This document shows, piece after piece, positions 18,133-26,537 of a stretch of DNA of 64,000 bases (the first letter of the stretch is position 1; each line of letters opens with the position of its first letter). The notes beneath the pieces were generated by a model. That model saw nothing but the letters and a program-made list of their open reading frames with translations. It ran no database searches and was not told the DNA's origin. Position numbers and translations under genes: made by a program. The stretch spans positions 21 to 64,020 of the forward strand of contig JAJTHE010000031.1 of NCBI GenBank assembly GCA_021298815.1, given 5' to 3'. This stretch comes from Betaproteobacteria bacterium (GTDB taxonomy: Bacteria > Pseudomonadota > Gammaproteobacteria > Burkholderiales > CAIKXV01).

Positions 18133-19158
18133 TCAGCGCTGGCGCGCCGGTTGCGCGGCAGGGTCCACCCTGCGCGCGAGGGTGGGTGCCGCAGGCTCCG
18201 CGGCCTGCGCGGCGTCGGCTGCAGCGGGGCGCACTGCGGCGACGGTCCACAGGCCCACCAGTTCGCCCGCGACCGAACGCCCTTCGAACGCATGCCGCAG
18301 GCGGCCGCCTGGCCCGTCGACGATCGCGCTGAAGGCCAGCCGGTCGCCGGAGAGCGTCGCCTGCGCGAGGCGTGCGCTGGCACCGCCGATGCGCACGCTG
18401 CCCGATACTTCCTGGTGGTTCTGCCGCAGGTCGAGCCGCCAGGTCTCGCTGCGGCCCCGGTGTTCGAAGCGGCCTTCCCACAGGCCGTTGACATAGGCCG
18501 GCACGATCCACAGGTAGAGCGTGCTGAACGGCGGACCGAACGCGCGGTCGGGCACCTCGACCTTGCCGGTCGCATCGGGCTTCCATCCCCCGAGGGGGAA
18601 ATCGTGCGACACGATCCGGGTCCCCGGACGCAGGCGCAGCAGGCGCGGCTGCAGTTCCACCAGCAGGCGCGGCAGCAGGTACAGGGTGACCACGGTCGCC
18701 GGCGACAGGTCGGTCTCGAACAGGTCGCGGCGTTCGAACAGCGCACGCGAGGCGACGCCCAGCCGCCGTGCCTCGTCGTTGCTCACCTGTACGAGGTCGG
18801 GGTCGAGTTCGACGCCGAGTCCGCGCGCGCCGCGGCTGCGCGCCGCCTCGATCACGACCCGGCCATCGCCGGACCCGAGGTCGATCACGAAATCCTTCTC
18901 GCCGACCTTGGCCAGCTCGAGCATCGCCTTCACCACCGGCCAGGGCGTGGGCACGTAGGGCACGCCGCCGGGAGAGGGTGTCTCGGATGCCTGGGCGCGG
19001 GCGGCATCCACCATCGCCGGCAGCGGCAGGACCCACAGGACCGCCGCGACCAGCAGGGCCGGCAGCGCGCGCAACCGCGTGCGCCGGGCGGACCGCTCCC
19101 GCGCCGCCCCCGCACCCGCACCCGCACCGCCTCGCATACTCCCCCGCATGCCCGCCAT
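18133..19158 (-). CDS. exported class I SAM-methyltransferase-like protein, paralog B (subfamily I)
   Basis: Signal: SARRTRLRALPALLVAAVLWVLPLPAMVDAARA|QA. VPYVPTPWPVVKAMLELAKVGEKDFVIDLGSGDGRVVIEAAR; LGVELD; ATVVTLYLLP; LRPGTRIVSHDF; VPAYVNGLWEG. Ala/Pro-rich C-terminal tail. The start could also be ATG 19149 or 19137. Confidence 0.8.
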   Translation of the reverse strand: MAGMRGSMRGGAGAGAGAARERSARRTRLRALPALLVAAVLWVLPLPAMVDAARAQASETPSPGGVPYVPTPWPVVKAMLELAKVGEKDFVIDLGSGDGRVVIEAARSRGARGLGVELDPDLVQVSNDEARRLGVASRALFERRDLFETDLSPATVVTLYLLPRLLVELQPRLLRLRPGTRIVSHDFPLGGWKPDATGKVEVPDRAFGPPFSTLYLWIVPAYVNGLWEGRFEHRGRSETWRLDLRQNHQEVSGSVRIGGASARLAQATLSGDRLAFSAIVDGPGGRLRHAFEGRSVAGELVGLWTVAAVRPAAADAAQAAEPAAPTLARRVDPAAQPARQR

Positions 19159-19284
19159 CTCGTGCCGTCCCGTCGCCGATGCATCGCTGCATGGTTGTGT
19201 CCGGCGCGCCGATCGCTGCCGTGCAACAGCGGCGAGTGTATGACGACCGACCGCAAGTCGCAAAAAGCGCCCCCCTGAACGGAA

Positions 19285-19306
19285 GAAGCCCGCCGAAGCG
19301 GGCTTC
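19285..19306 (-). terminator. intrinsic terminator after the symporter large subunit
   Basis: Minus strand reads GAAGCCCGC-TTCG-GCGGGCTTC, a 9-bp stem with a UUCG tetraloop, followed by TTCCGTT. It lies 35 nt downstream of the stop at 19341. Confidence 0.6.
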
Positions 19307-19340
19307 CCCTGTTGCCGGTGAAGCGGGATTGCGCCAGCGA

Positions 19341-21413
19341 TCAGGCGCCCTGCTTCGCCTCGTTGCCGAGCACCGGGTAGCGCACGTTCTCGACCATCTC
19401 CTGCACCGAGCGGTCGGGGGCCGCGGTCAGCAGAGAGACGACGATCAGCGTCAGCATGCCGGCCGGCATGCCGAAGATGCCTGCCGAGATCGGCGCGATG
19501 CCGAACCACAGGTCGATCTTGTAGCCGGTCATCGCGGTGAAGAACGGATACGTGGCGACCTGGTAGTACATGCAGACCGCCAGGCCGGTCAGCATGCCCG
19601 CGATCGCACCCGCCTTGTTCGCCCGCTTCCAGAACACCCCGAGAACGAGGGCCGGGAAGAAGGCAGAGGCTGCCAGCGAGAACGCCGCCCCGACCAGGAA
19701 CAGGATGTCCCCGGGGTTGAGCGAGGTCACGTAGGCCGCGATCACCGCCACCACCAGCAGCAGGCCCTTGGCCATCATCAGGCGACGCTGGGTGGACGCG
19801 TTCGGATCGATCATCTTGTAGTAGACGTCGTGCGAGAGCGCGTTGGCGATGGTCAGCAGCAGGCCGTCCGCTGTGGACAGCGCAGCCGCGAGGCCACCGG
19901 CCGCGACCAGCCCGGATATCACGTACGGCAGGCCGACGATCTCCGGGGTCGCCAGCACGATCACGTCCTGCCCGAGGGTGATCTCGGCCAGTTGCACGAT
20001 GCCGTCCATGTTGACGTCGACCACCGACAGCAGCCTCGGATCGACCTTGCTCCAGGCCGCCACCCAGGCTGGCAGGTCGGCGAAACTGTCACCGACCAGC
20101 AGCGTGTAGATGTCGAACTTGGCCAGCACCGCCAGCGCCGGCGCGGTGAAGTAGAGCAGGAAGATGAAGAACAGCGACCAGAACACCGAGCGGCGCGCCT
20201 CCTTCACCGATGGCGTCGTGTAGTAGCGCATCAGGATGTGCGGAAGCGCCGCGGTACCGACCATCAGGCAGAACACCAGCGCGAGGAAGTTCAGCCGCGC
20301 CGTGTCGCGGGCCTCTTCGGTGGCGCCCGGGAACGGCGTTGCATGCGGCCTGGGCGGTGCGGCTCGTGCATTGTTCGCATTGCGCGCGGCGGTCCACGCG
20401 GTGCGCGCAGCGGCAGCGCTGGCCGGGTAACCCGCGAGCGCCTTCTCTGCGGCCGCCACCGCGTCCGCCGGGGCGTTCGACGCCTTCAGCGCCTCGACCT
20501 TCTTGACCAGATCGGCCCGGCCGGTCTCCCATGACCCCGGAAGGCCCTTGATCTGCGCGTCGAGCGCAGCCGCACGCTCGCGGAAGATGGCGCGAACCTC
20601 GAGTTCCTTCGGATCGGCGGTGAGCACCTTCTCGCGCTCGGTGACCTTCTCGAGCACCGTGCCGTAGACCACCTGCGGCACCGGGATGCCGGTGTGCTTG
20701 TAGGCCAGCATCATCACCGGGATCATGTAGGCGATGATCAGGATGATGTACTGCGCGACCTGGGTCCAGGTCACCGCCCGCATGCCGCCCAGGAACGAGC
20801 AGACCAGGATGCCGAGCAGGCCGACGAACACGCCGACGCCGAACTCGAGGCCGGTGAAGCGCGCGGTGATCAGGCCGACGCCGTAGATCTGCGCCACGAC
20901 ATAGACGAACGACGCGAGGATCGCGGCGAACACACCGATCGTGCGCACGATGTTGCCGCCGTAGCGCTCGCCGAGGAAGTCGGGGATGGTGAACTGGCCG
21001 AACTTGCGCAGGTAGGGCGCGAGGAACAGCGCGACCAGCACGTAGCCGCCGGTCCAGCCCATGATGAACGCCAGGCCGTCGTAGCCCTGGAGGTAGAGGC
21101 CACCGGCCATGCCGATGAACGACGCGGCCGACATCCAGTCGGAGCCCGTGGCCATGCCGTTGAACACGGCCGGCACCCGGCGTCCCGCGACGTAGTACTC
21201 GGACAGGTCGGTGGTACGGCTCATGATGCCGATGCCGGCATACAGGCCGATGGTCGCCAGCAGGAACAGGTAGCCGAGCGTCCTGTTGGGCACGCCCATG
21301 AACTCGAGCGCCGCCACGCAGAGCAGGAACACGAAGAAGCCACCCGTGTAGAAGGTGTAGTACTTCTTCAGCTGCTGGGTGAATGTCTTCTGCGAGAAGG
21401 GAACGGCGCTCAT
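19341..21413 (-). CDS. sodium:solute symporter (SSS) family, large subunit of a two-component symporter (ActP / VC_2705-like)
   Basis: 690 aa. N-terminal half: FFVFLLCVAALEFMGVP...YYVAGRRVPAVFNGMATGSDWMSAASFIGMAGGLY. A roughly 100-aa hydrophilic Ala-rich insert splits the TM bundle. The start overlaps the small-subunit stop (ATGA, 21410-21413). Confidence 0.85.
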   Translation of the reverse strand: MSAVPFSQKTFTQQLKKYYTFYTGGFFVFLLCVAALEFMGVPNRTLGYLFLLATIGLYAGIGIMSRTTDLSEYYVAGRRVPAVFNGMATGSDWMSAASFIGMAGGLYLQGYDGLAFIMGWTGGYVLVALFLAPYLRKFGQFTIPDFLGERYGGNIVRTIGVFAAILASFVYVVAQIYGVGLITARFTGLEFGVGVFVGLLGILVCSFLGGMRAVTWTQVAQYIILIIAYMIPVMMLAYKHTGIPVPQVVYGTVLEKVTEREKVLTADPKELEVRAIFRERAAALDAQIKGLPGSWETGRADLVKKVEALKASNAPADAVAAAEKALAGYPASAAAARTAWTAARNANNARAAPPRPHATPFPGATEEARDTARLNFLALVFCLMVGTAALPHILMRYYTTPSVKEARRSVFWSLFFIFLLYFTAPALAVLAKFDIYTLLVGDSFADLPAWVAAWSKVDPRLLSVVDVNMDGIVQLAEITLGQDVIVLATPEIVGLPYVISGLVAAGGLAAALSTADGLLLTIANALSHDVYYKMIDPNASTQRRLMMAKGLLLVVAVIAAYVTSLNPGDILFLVGAAFSLAASAFFPALVLGVFWKRANKAGAIAGMLTGLAVCMYYQVATYPFFTAMTGYKIDLWFGIAPISAGIFGMPAGMLTLIVVSLLTAAPDRSVQEMVENVRYPVLGNEAKQGA

Positions 21414-21676
21414 TCGTCGTCTCCTTCCGACACGCCGTACTCCTTGTCGAGCCGGTTCATGTACCAGGCGTAGTAGCCGATGATCGCCACGTAGACGATC
21501 AGCGCGCCCTGCGCCCCCATGTAGAAGCCGAGCGGGAAGCCGAGGATGACGATCTCGTTGAGCTCGCGCGCGAAGAAGCTCGCGACGAAGGTGACGACGA
21601 ACCAGATGGCCAGCAGGATCGCGGTGATCCTGAGGTTCCGGCTCCAGTATTCCTCATGACGCTGCGTGAGCTGCAT
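21410..21676 (-). CDS. DUF4212-type putative solute:sodium symporter small subunit
   Basis: 88 aa: MQLTQRHEEYWSRNLRITAILLAIWFVVTFVASFFARELNEIVILGFPLGFYMGAQGALIVYVAIIGYYAWYMNRLDKEYGV. The RBS AGGAGGGGG lies 5 nt upstream of the ATG at 21676. Confidence 0.8.
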   Translation of the reverse strand: MQLTQRHEEYWSRNLRITAILLAIWFVVTFVASFFARELNEIVILGFPLGFYMGAQGALIVYVAIIGYYAWYMNRLDKEYGVSEGDDE

Positions 21677-21817
21677 GTTTTCCCCCTCCTGTGAACAACG
21701 AGATGCCTGTCGCGGCTGCGCGTGCGCCCGCACCCTGCGGACGATCGTGCGTTGCCTTGCCCCTGTGGTACGCCGCGCGTCGCCCGCACGGCATGGCCCG
21801 CAAATTCCTCTGAGGCC

Positions 21818-21838
21818 GAAAAGCGCCCGGTGGGCGCT
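21818..21838 (-). terminator. intrinsic terminator stranded inside the 358-nt spacer
   Basis: Minus strand reads AGCGCCC-ACC-GGGCGCT followed by TTTTCGG. It lies about 200 nt downstream of the stop at 22035 and about 140 nt upstream of the symporter small-subunit start. Confidence 0.55.
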
Positions 21839-22034
21839 GCCGGCACCTGCTTCGTCCGTCTGACGCGGCGTTGCAGGGCTTGAATGTGAAACCAAGGTTA
21901 GCAGGGTACCCAGTCCAGGCAGGCGTGCCAAGCCCCTGATCGAATCTCGCCGGCCCGGAGAATGGCAAGTGACCCACCTGACACGCCATCCGCCGGCACG
22001 GACAGGTCCGGAGCGGCTGCCGCGGGGCGTCGAC

Positions 22035-22352
22035 TCAGCCCGGCAGCGTCTCGCTGGCGATGCGCAGCACCAGGTAGACCTTGCCGATGTAGAGCAGCAC
22101 CCAGGCCATGACCACCAGCGCGAAGGACGCCAGGCCGATATGCGCATCCACGACGAAGCGCGGCGTGAGCAGGCGCGTGGCCCTGCGCACGGGCGAGGTC
22201 ATCACCGCCAGTACCCGGTAGAACACGTTGGTGTCCCGGGACGGACCGGCCAGCAGGGCGAGCACGCCCTGGCCGAGCAATGCGAGCCCGGCGATCTCGG
22301 CGACCGCCTTCAGCACGACCACGACGTTGTACCAGAGGGCCAGCGAGCTCAC
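22035..22352 (-). CDS. small hypothetical membrane protein (about 3 TM segments)
   Basis: 105-aa ORF with hydrophobic segments (LALWYNVVVVLKAVAEIAGLALLGQGVLALLAG; IGLASFALVVMAWVLLYIG). It lies 31 nt downstream of the Bug gene. No family was recognised. Confidence 0.5.
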   Translation of the reverse strand: MSSLALWYNVVVVLKAVAEIAGLALLGQGVLALLAGPSRDTNVFYRVLAVMTSPVRRATRLLTPRFVVDAHIGLASFALVVMAWVLLYIGKVYLVLRIASETLPG

Positions 22353-22383
22353 CCGCCGTCCCTCCCGGCGCCGCGGCCGCTCA

Positions 22384-23400
22384 TCAGCTGCCGTCGACCT
22401 TGATGCCGACCTGCTTCACGATCTTCGTCCAGCGGGCGATCTCGCTGCGCACCAGCTGGTCGTGCTGCTCGGGGGTGGACCCCACCGGCTCCGCACCCTG
22501 GCTGGACAGGCGGTCGCGCACGGCCGGGTCCTGGACTGCCTTGACCAGCGCGCCGTTGATCGTCTTGACGACGGCAGCGGGCACGTTGGCCGGTGCCAGC
22601 ATGCCGAACCCGGACGAGACCTCGTAGCCGGGGAATCCCTGCTCGGCGATCGTCGGCACGTCGGGCAGCGCCCGCGAACGCTTGGCGCTGGTCACGCCCA
22701 GCGGCCTCAGCTTGCCCGCCTGCACGTGCGACACGAACACCGGCATCGAGGCGGCCATCAGGATCACGTAGCCGCCGACGACATCGGTGATCGCCTGGCC
22801 GGAACCCTTGTACGGCACGTGCACGTAGCTGCCGCCGTTCATCGAACTCAGCAGTTCCATCGCGAGGTGGCCGACGGTGCCTGCGCCCGACGAGGCGTAG
22901 TTGAGCTTGCCCGGGTTCTTGCGCGCCAGCGCGGCCAGTTCGCGCACCGACTTCACCGGCAGCGACGGATGCGCGACGATCATCGTCGGCACGTCGGCAG
23001 CCACGCCCAGCATCGTGAAATCCTTGATGCTGTCGTAGGGCAGCTTCGGCAGGATCGCCGCGTTGAAGACATGGGCCGACGACACGAAACCGACGACATA
23101 GCCATCCGCCGGCGAACGCGCGAGCACCTCGGTGCCGATCGTGCTGCCGGCCCCGCCACGGTTCTCGATGACGAAGGTCTGCCCGAGCAGTTCCTGCATC
23201 CGGGTGGCCACGCCGCGCGCGATGATGTCGGTGTTCCCGCCCGGCGGGAACGGCACGATCATGCGGATCGGCTTGGCCGGGTAGGCCTGCGCGAACGCGA
23301 CGTCGGGCATCGACGACAGCCCGGCCAGCGACAGCACGGACATCGACAGCACGGCGGCCGGCGCGAGACGCGCATGTGCCGTTGGCATGGGGTGTTTCAT
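22384..23400 (-). CDS. Bug-family (TctC-like) substrate-binding protein
   Basis: The RBS GGAGGA precedes the ATG. A signal peptide is followed by YPAKPIRMIVPFPPGGNTDIIARGVATRM...IENRGGAGSTIG...VPYKGSGQAITDVVGGYV. Confidence 0.9.
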   Translation of the reverse strand: MKHPMPTAHARLAPAAVLSMSVLSLAGLSSMPDVAFAQAYPAKPIRMIVPFPPGGNTDIIARGVATRMQELLGQTFVIENRGGAGSTIGTEVLARSPADGYVVGFVSSAHVFNAAILPKLPYDSIKDFTMLGVAADVPTMIVAHPSLPVKSVRELAALARKNPGKLNYASSGAGTVGHLAMELLSSMNGGSYVHVPYKGSGQAITDVVGGYVILMAASMPVFVSHVQAGKLRPLGVTSAKRSRALPDVPTIAEQGFPGYEVSSGFGMLAPANVPAAVVKTINGALVKAVQDPAVRDRLSSQGAEPVGSTPEQHDQLVRSEIARWTKIVKQVGIKVDGS

Positions 23401-23496
23401 TCTGCTGATCCTCCAGTGGCGCCCGCATCCGACGGCCCGGGCGGGCTGGTCGGTGCGCAGGGAAAACGCGGTGGAATCCCGGTTCCATCCGCAGCA

Positions 23497-23512
23497 CGGC
23501 CGTCTCCGGCCG
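23497..23512 (-). terminator. weak hairpin between paralog C and the Bug gene
   Basis: Minus strand reads CGGCCG-GAGA-CGGCCG, a 6-bp stem with a GNRA-type loop and no U-tract. Confidence 0.2.
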
Positions 23513-23525
23513 CCCGCAGTTTACG

Positions 23526-24554
23526 TCACTTCACGGCAACTGCCGGGCCGAAGTTCGCAGGGCGTGCCATGCTCCGGGAAAGCACGACCTGGCCCTGCAG
23601 CAGGGCAGGATTGTCGCTGCCGACCCGCACCGTGCCGGAAGCCTCCCCGCCCCGGGTCGCCGCGAGGATCTCGTGGCGCACCTGCTTGCCGCCGATCTCG
23701 GCGTTGAAGATCACGTTCAGGTCGTTGCCGACCATCTCGGCGAACGCGAGTGTCGCCGGCCGGCCGCCGAGGGTGACGCTGCCGGTGAGCAGCTGGAAGC
23801 GCTGCTCGAGGTCGAGCTCGACCGGGAGCACCTGGCCGCCCGCGACCGGCATCTTTCCCTGCCAGCGACCGCCGCCCTGCCCGGGGACGATCCACATGTA
23901 GACGTAGGCGAGGCCGGGCGTGCCGACCTTCTTCTCGGGCACGTCGAGGGTGATGCGATCGTCGGGCAGCCAGTCCTCGAAATGGTAGTCGTGGGTGACC
24001 ACGCGCGACCCGGGCCGCAGTTCGGCCAGCAGCTTGGGGCGCGCCATCATGTTGACCTCGGGCAGCAGGTACATGGTGACGACGTCGGCCTTGGTGAGGT
24101 CGGTCTTGAAGATGTCCCGCTGGAAGAACTGCACGCGGTCGGCGACGCCTGCCTGCTTCGCGGTGGCGTTCGCATGCCTGACCAGCTCGGGGTCCAGGTC
24201 GACGCCGAAGCCGCGCACGCCCATGCGCTGCGCCGCGGTGATGACGATGCGGCCATCGCCCGAGCCGAGGTCGACCAGGAAATCCTTCGCCCCGACGCGG
24301 CCCATGCGCAGCATCTCGTCGACCACCTTCTGCGGCGTCGGCACGTACGGCGACGAGTCGAAGCGGATCACCACGGCGTCGCGCGCCGCCGCCTGCGCGA
24401 ACGCCGACGGCGACGGCGACAGCGCGGCGCCGGCGGCGCCGGCAGCCAGGGCCTGCAGGGCCCTGCGGCGGCCGGCGGCGGCGGCGTGAAGGGCAGGATG
24501 CGCAGCGACGGGTGCCGCGGCGCGCAGCGGGGAAACGGGTGGGCGGATGTTCAT
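23526..24554 (-). CDS. exported class I SAM-methyltransferase-like protein, paralog C (subfamily I)
   Basis: The ATG at 24554 forms an ATGA overlap with the paralog D stop. Signal: AGRRRALQALAAGAAGAALSPSPSAFA|QA. SPYVPTPQKVVDEMLRMGRVGAKDFLVDLGSGDGRIVITAAQ; GFGVDLD; DVVTMYLLP; LRPGSRVVTHDY; VPGQGGGRWQG. Confidence 0.85.
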   Translation of the reverse strand: MNIRPPVSPLRAAAPVAAHPALHAAAAGRRRALQALAAGAAGAALSPSPSAFAQAAARDAVVIRFDSSPYVPTPQKVVDEMLRMGRVGAKDFLVDLGSGDGRIVITAAQRMGVRGFGVDLDPELVRHANATAKQAGVADRVQFFQRDIFKTDLTKADVVTMYLLPEVNMMARPKLLAELRPGSRVVTHDYHFEDWLPDDRITLDVPEKKVGTPGLAYVYMWIVPGQGGGRWQGKMPVAGGQVLPVELDLEQRFQLLTGSVTLGGRPATLAFAEMVGNDLNVIFNAEIGGKQVRHEILAATRGGEASGTVRVGSDNPALLQGQVVLSRSMARPANFGPAVAVK

Positions 24555-25507
24555 TTCGCGAGTCCGGTCGGTCGGAAATAGGCCGTGGTGCGGGCACGTT
24601 CCGCCCGCCACGGATAGGTAACCGTCTTGTAGTCGGGATCGTCGCGATGGACGACCTTGACGCTGCCTTCGATGCGATCGCCGCGCACCTTGCCGGAGAA
24701 CTCCTGCCGGGTCAGTCCGACCTTGTCGAGCGTGATCTCCATCGCGAACGAGAGGTCTTCGCCGCGCAGCTTCATGTCGGTGAACACGCCGCGGCGGTCG
24801 CCGACGCGGCAGATGCCCTCGGCCAGCTGGAAGAGCTGCTCGAGCAGTGCCTCGTAGCCCTGCGGGCTCCCGGTCACCGGCAGGTCCCAGTTCCAGTAGC
24901 CCTCGACCTTCGCGGGCACGACCCACACCAGCACGCGGCCGCCCTCGGTGTCGGTGAAGTCGGGCGTCCAGCCCGGCATCTCGAAGCCGTTGGACACCAG
25001 GCGCGTGCCGGGCCGCGCCTCGGCCAGCAGCTTCGGGCGCAGCAGCCGCATCAGTTCCGGGAACAGCCACATCGTGATCACCGTCGCCTCGCTGATGTCG
25101 GCGTCGAACACGTTGCGGTGGTAGAAACGGGCGCGATCGGCGAGCCCCTGCGCACGGGCGTTCTCGGTCGCCTCGGCCACCAGCGCCGGGTTGATGTCGA
25201 CCCCCCAGCCACGAACCTTCGGATTGGCCTTCAGGGCGCTGAGCACGATGCGCCCGTCCCCCGAACCGAGGTCGACGACCACGTCGTCGTCGCGCAGTTG
25301 CGCCATCTTCACCATGCGGTCGACGGTGAACTGCGGGCTGCCGACGAACAGCGAGAACCTTTCCTGCGCTCCGGCCACGCCGGGCAGCAAGGTCGTGCCG
25401 GCGAGCAGTGACAGGCAGGCGCGGCGGCGTGCGAGCGCCAGGGAGCCGGCCTGCGGCGCAACGTGCAGGCCGGGACTCGTGCTGGACTGGTTTCGTGCGG
25501 GACGCAT
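24551..25507 (-). CDS. exported class I SAM-methyltransferase-like protein, paralog D (subfamily II)
   Basis: Signal: LARRRACLSLLAGTTLLPGVAGA|QERFSLFVGSPQ. VVVDLGSGDGRIVLSALKANPKVRGWGVDIN; ATVITMWLFPELMRLLRPKLLAEARPGTR; VPAKVEGYWNW. C-terminus: PWRAERARTTAYFRPTGLAK. Confidence 0.85.
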   Translation of the reverse strand: MRPARNQSSTSPGLHVAPQAGSLALARRRACLSLLAGTTLLPGVAGAQERFSLFVGSPQFTVDRMVKMAQLRDDDVVVDLGSGDGRIVLSALKANPKVRGWGVDINPALVAEATENARAQGLADRARFYHRNVFDADISEATVITMWLFPELMRLLRPKLLAEARPGTRLVSNGFEMPGWTPDFTDTEGGRVLVWVVPAKVEGYWNWDLPVTGSPQGYEALLEQLFQLAEGICRVGDRRGVFTDMKLRGEDLSFAMEITLDKVGLTRQEFSGKVRGDRIEGSVKVVHRDDPDYKTVTYPWRAERARTTAYFRPTGLAK

Positions 25508-25510
25508 CGG

Positions 25511-26434
25511 CTACTTCAGGTCGATGCCGGTCGGACGGAACCAGCCGCTCTTGGCGACACGGCGCGCGATCCACGGCAGCTCGACCGTCTTGGCCTCGGC
25601 CACGGAAACCTTCACCGTGCCCTTGATCGTTTCGCCGTTCACCTTGCCGGAGAACTCGTGCTTGGTGCGGCCGACCCCGGTCAGCGTCATGTCGAACACG
25701 AAGGACAGGTCTTCGCCGCGCAGCTTCACGTCGGTCAGGCTCTCGCGCCGGTTGCCCACGCGCGCGAAGCCCTCGGCATTCTGGAACGCCTGGTTCATGA
25801 TCACGTCGTAGGTCTGGGTGGTGCCGCTCAGCGGCAGGTCCCAGGTCCAGAAGCCCGCCACGCGCGCGGGCACGATCCAGAGCATGATCGGGCTGGAGCC
25901 TTCGCGGTCGATCTGGTCGGGCTGCCAGAGCCCGAGGATGTTGTCGGTGCCGATCAGCTGGCCGTTGACGATCACGCGCGTGCCGGGGCGCGCCTCGGCG
26001 AGGATCTTCGGCTGCAGCAGCCGGGTGAGGTTGGCGAACAGCCACATGTTGATCACGTTGACCTCGCGCAGGTCGACGTCGAAGGCGTTGCGCTGGCTGA
26101 ACTGCGCACGATCGGACACGCCCTGCTTGGCCGCCTCTTCCGTCGCGGTCTTGACCAGCCATTCCTGCAGGTCGACGCCCCAGCCGCGCACCTTCGGGTT
26201 GCTCTTGACCGCGGCGATGATGATCTGCCCGTTGCCGGAGCCGAGGTCGGCGACGACCTCGCCGTCCTTCAGCGCGGCGAGCTTGATCATCCGGTTCACC
26301 GCGTCCTGGCTGCTCGGCCCGAACGGCGTGGCGTACTCCTGTGCCCGTGCCGACCGGATGGATCCGAAGGCCCCGGCGACCAGCCCGGCGGCGGCGGCCC
26401 CGGCGATGAACGTGCGACGCGACTGCTGTTCCAT
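25511..26434 (-). CDS. exported class I SAM-methyltransferase-like protein, paralog E (subfamily II; variant G-loop)
   Basis: The RBS GGGAGAA precedes ATG 26434. Classical Tat motif: MEQQSRRTFIAGAAAAGLVAGAFGSIRSARA|QE. The G-loop is DLGSGNGQIIIAAVKSNPKVRGWGVDL. VPARVAGFWTW. C-terminus: PWIARRVAKSGWFRPTGIDLK. Confidence 0.85.
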   Translation of the reverse strand: MEQQSRRTFIAGAAAAGLVAGAFGSIRSARAQEYATPFGPSSQDAVNRMIKLAALKDGEVVADLGSGNGQIIIAAVKSNPKVRGWGVDLQEWLVKTATEEAAKQGVSDRAQFSQRNAFDVDLREVNVINMWLFANLTRLLQPKILAEARPGTRVIVNGQLIGTDNILGLWQPDQIDREGSSPIMLWIVPARVAGFWTWDLPLSGTTQTYDVIMNQAFQNAEGFARVGNRRESLTDVKLRGEDLSFVFDMTLTGVGRTKHEFSGKVNGETIKGTVKVSVAEAKTVELPWIARRVAKSGWFRPTGIDLK

Positions 26435-26537
26435 GTGTTCTCCCTGTCCCTTCATGCGGATGTCCCGTGCCCGGCCACCCCTGGCCGGGCCTGCACTGCC
26501 TGCCTGCGCGCCGGCCCCCCGGCATGCAGGCGCGCGC

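Noticed and set aside
21915-21932. Sigma54-like TTGGCACG element upstream of the symporter operon
   Set aside because: The -24 half (TGGCAC) is good. At the required GG-N10-GC spacing, however, the sequence reads CCTG rather than TTGC, and no alternative register gives a -12 GC.
23526-26525. 999-aa minus-strand ORF, and similar long ORFs at 31485-33479, 30523-31974, 17148-18746 and 18133-19509, suggesting much larger paralog proteins
   Set aside because: Only the last 300-340 codons of each show the family motifs and a signal peptide. The upstream extensions are alternative frames running through the neighbouring paralogs, which have their own strongly supported frames, RBSs and coupled stop/start junctions.
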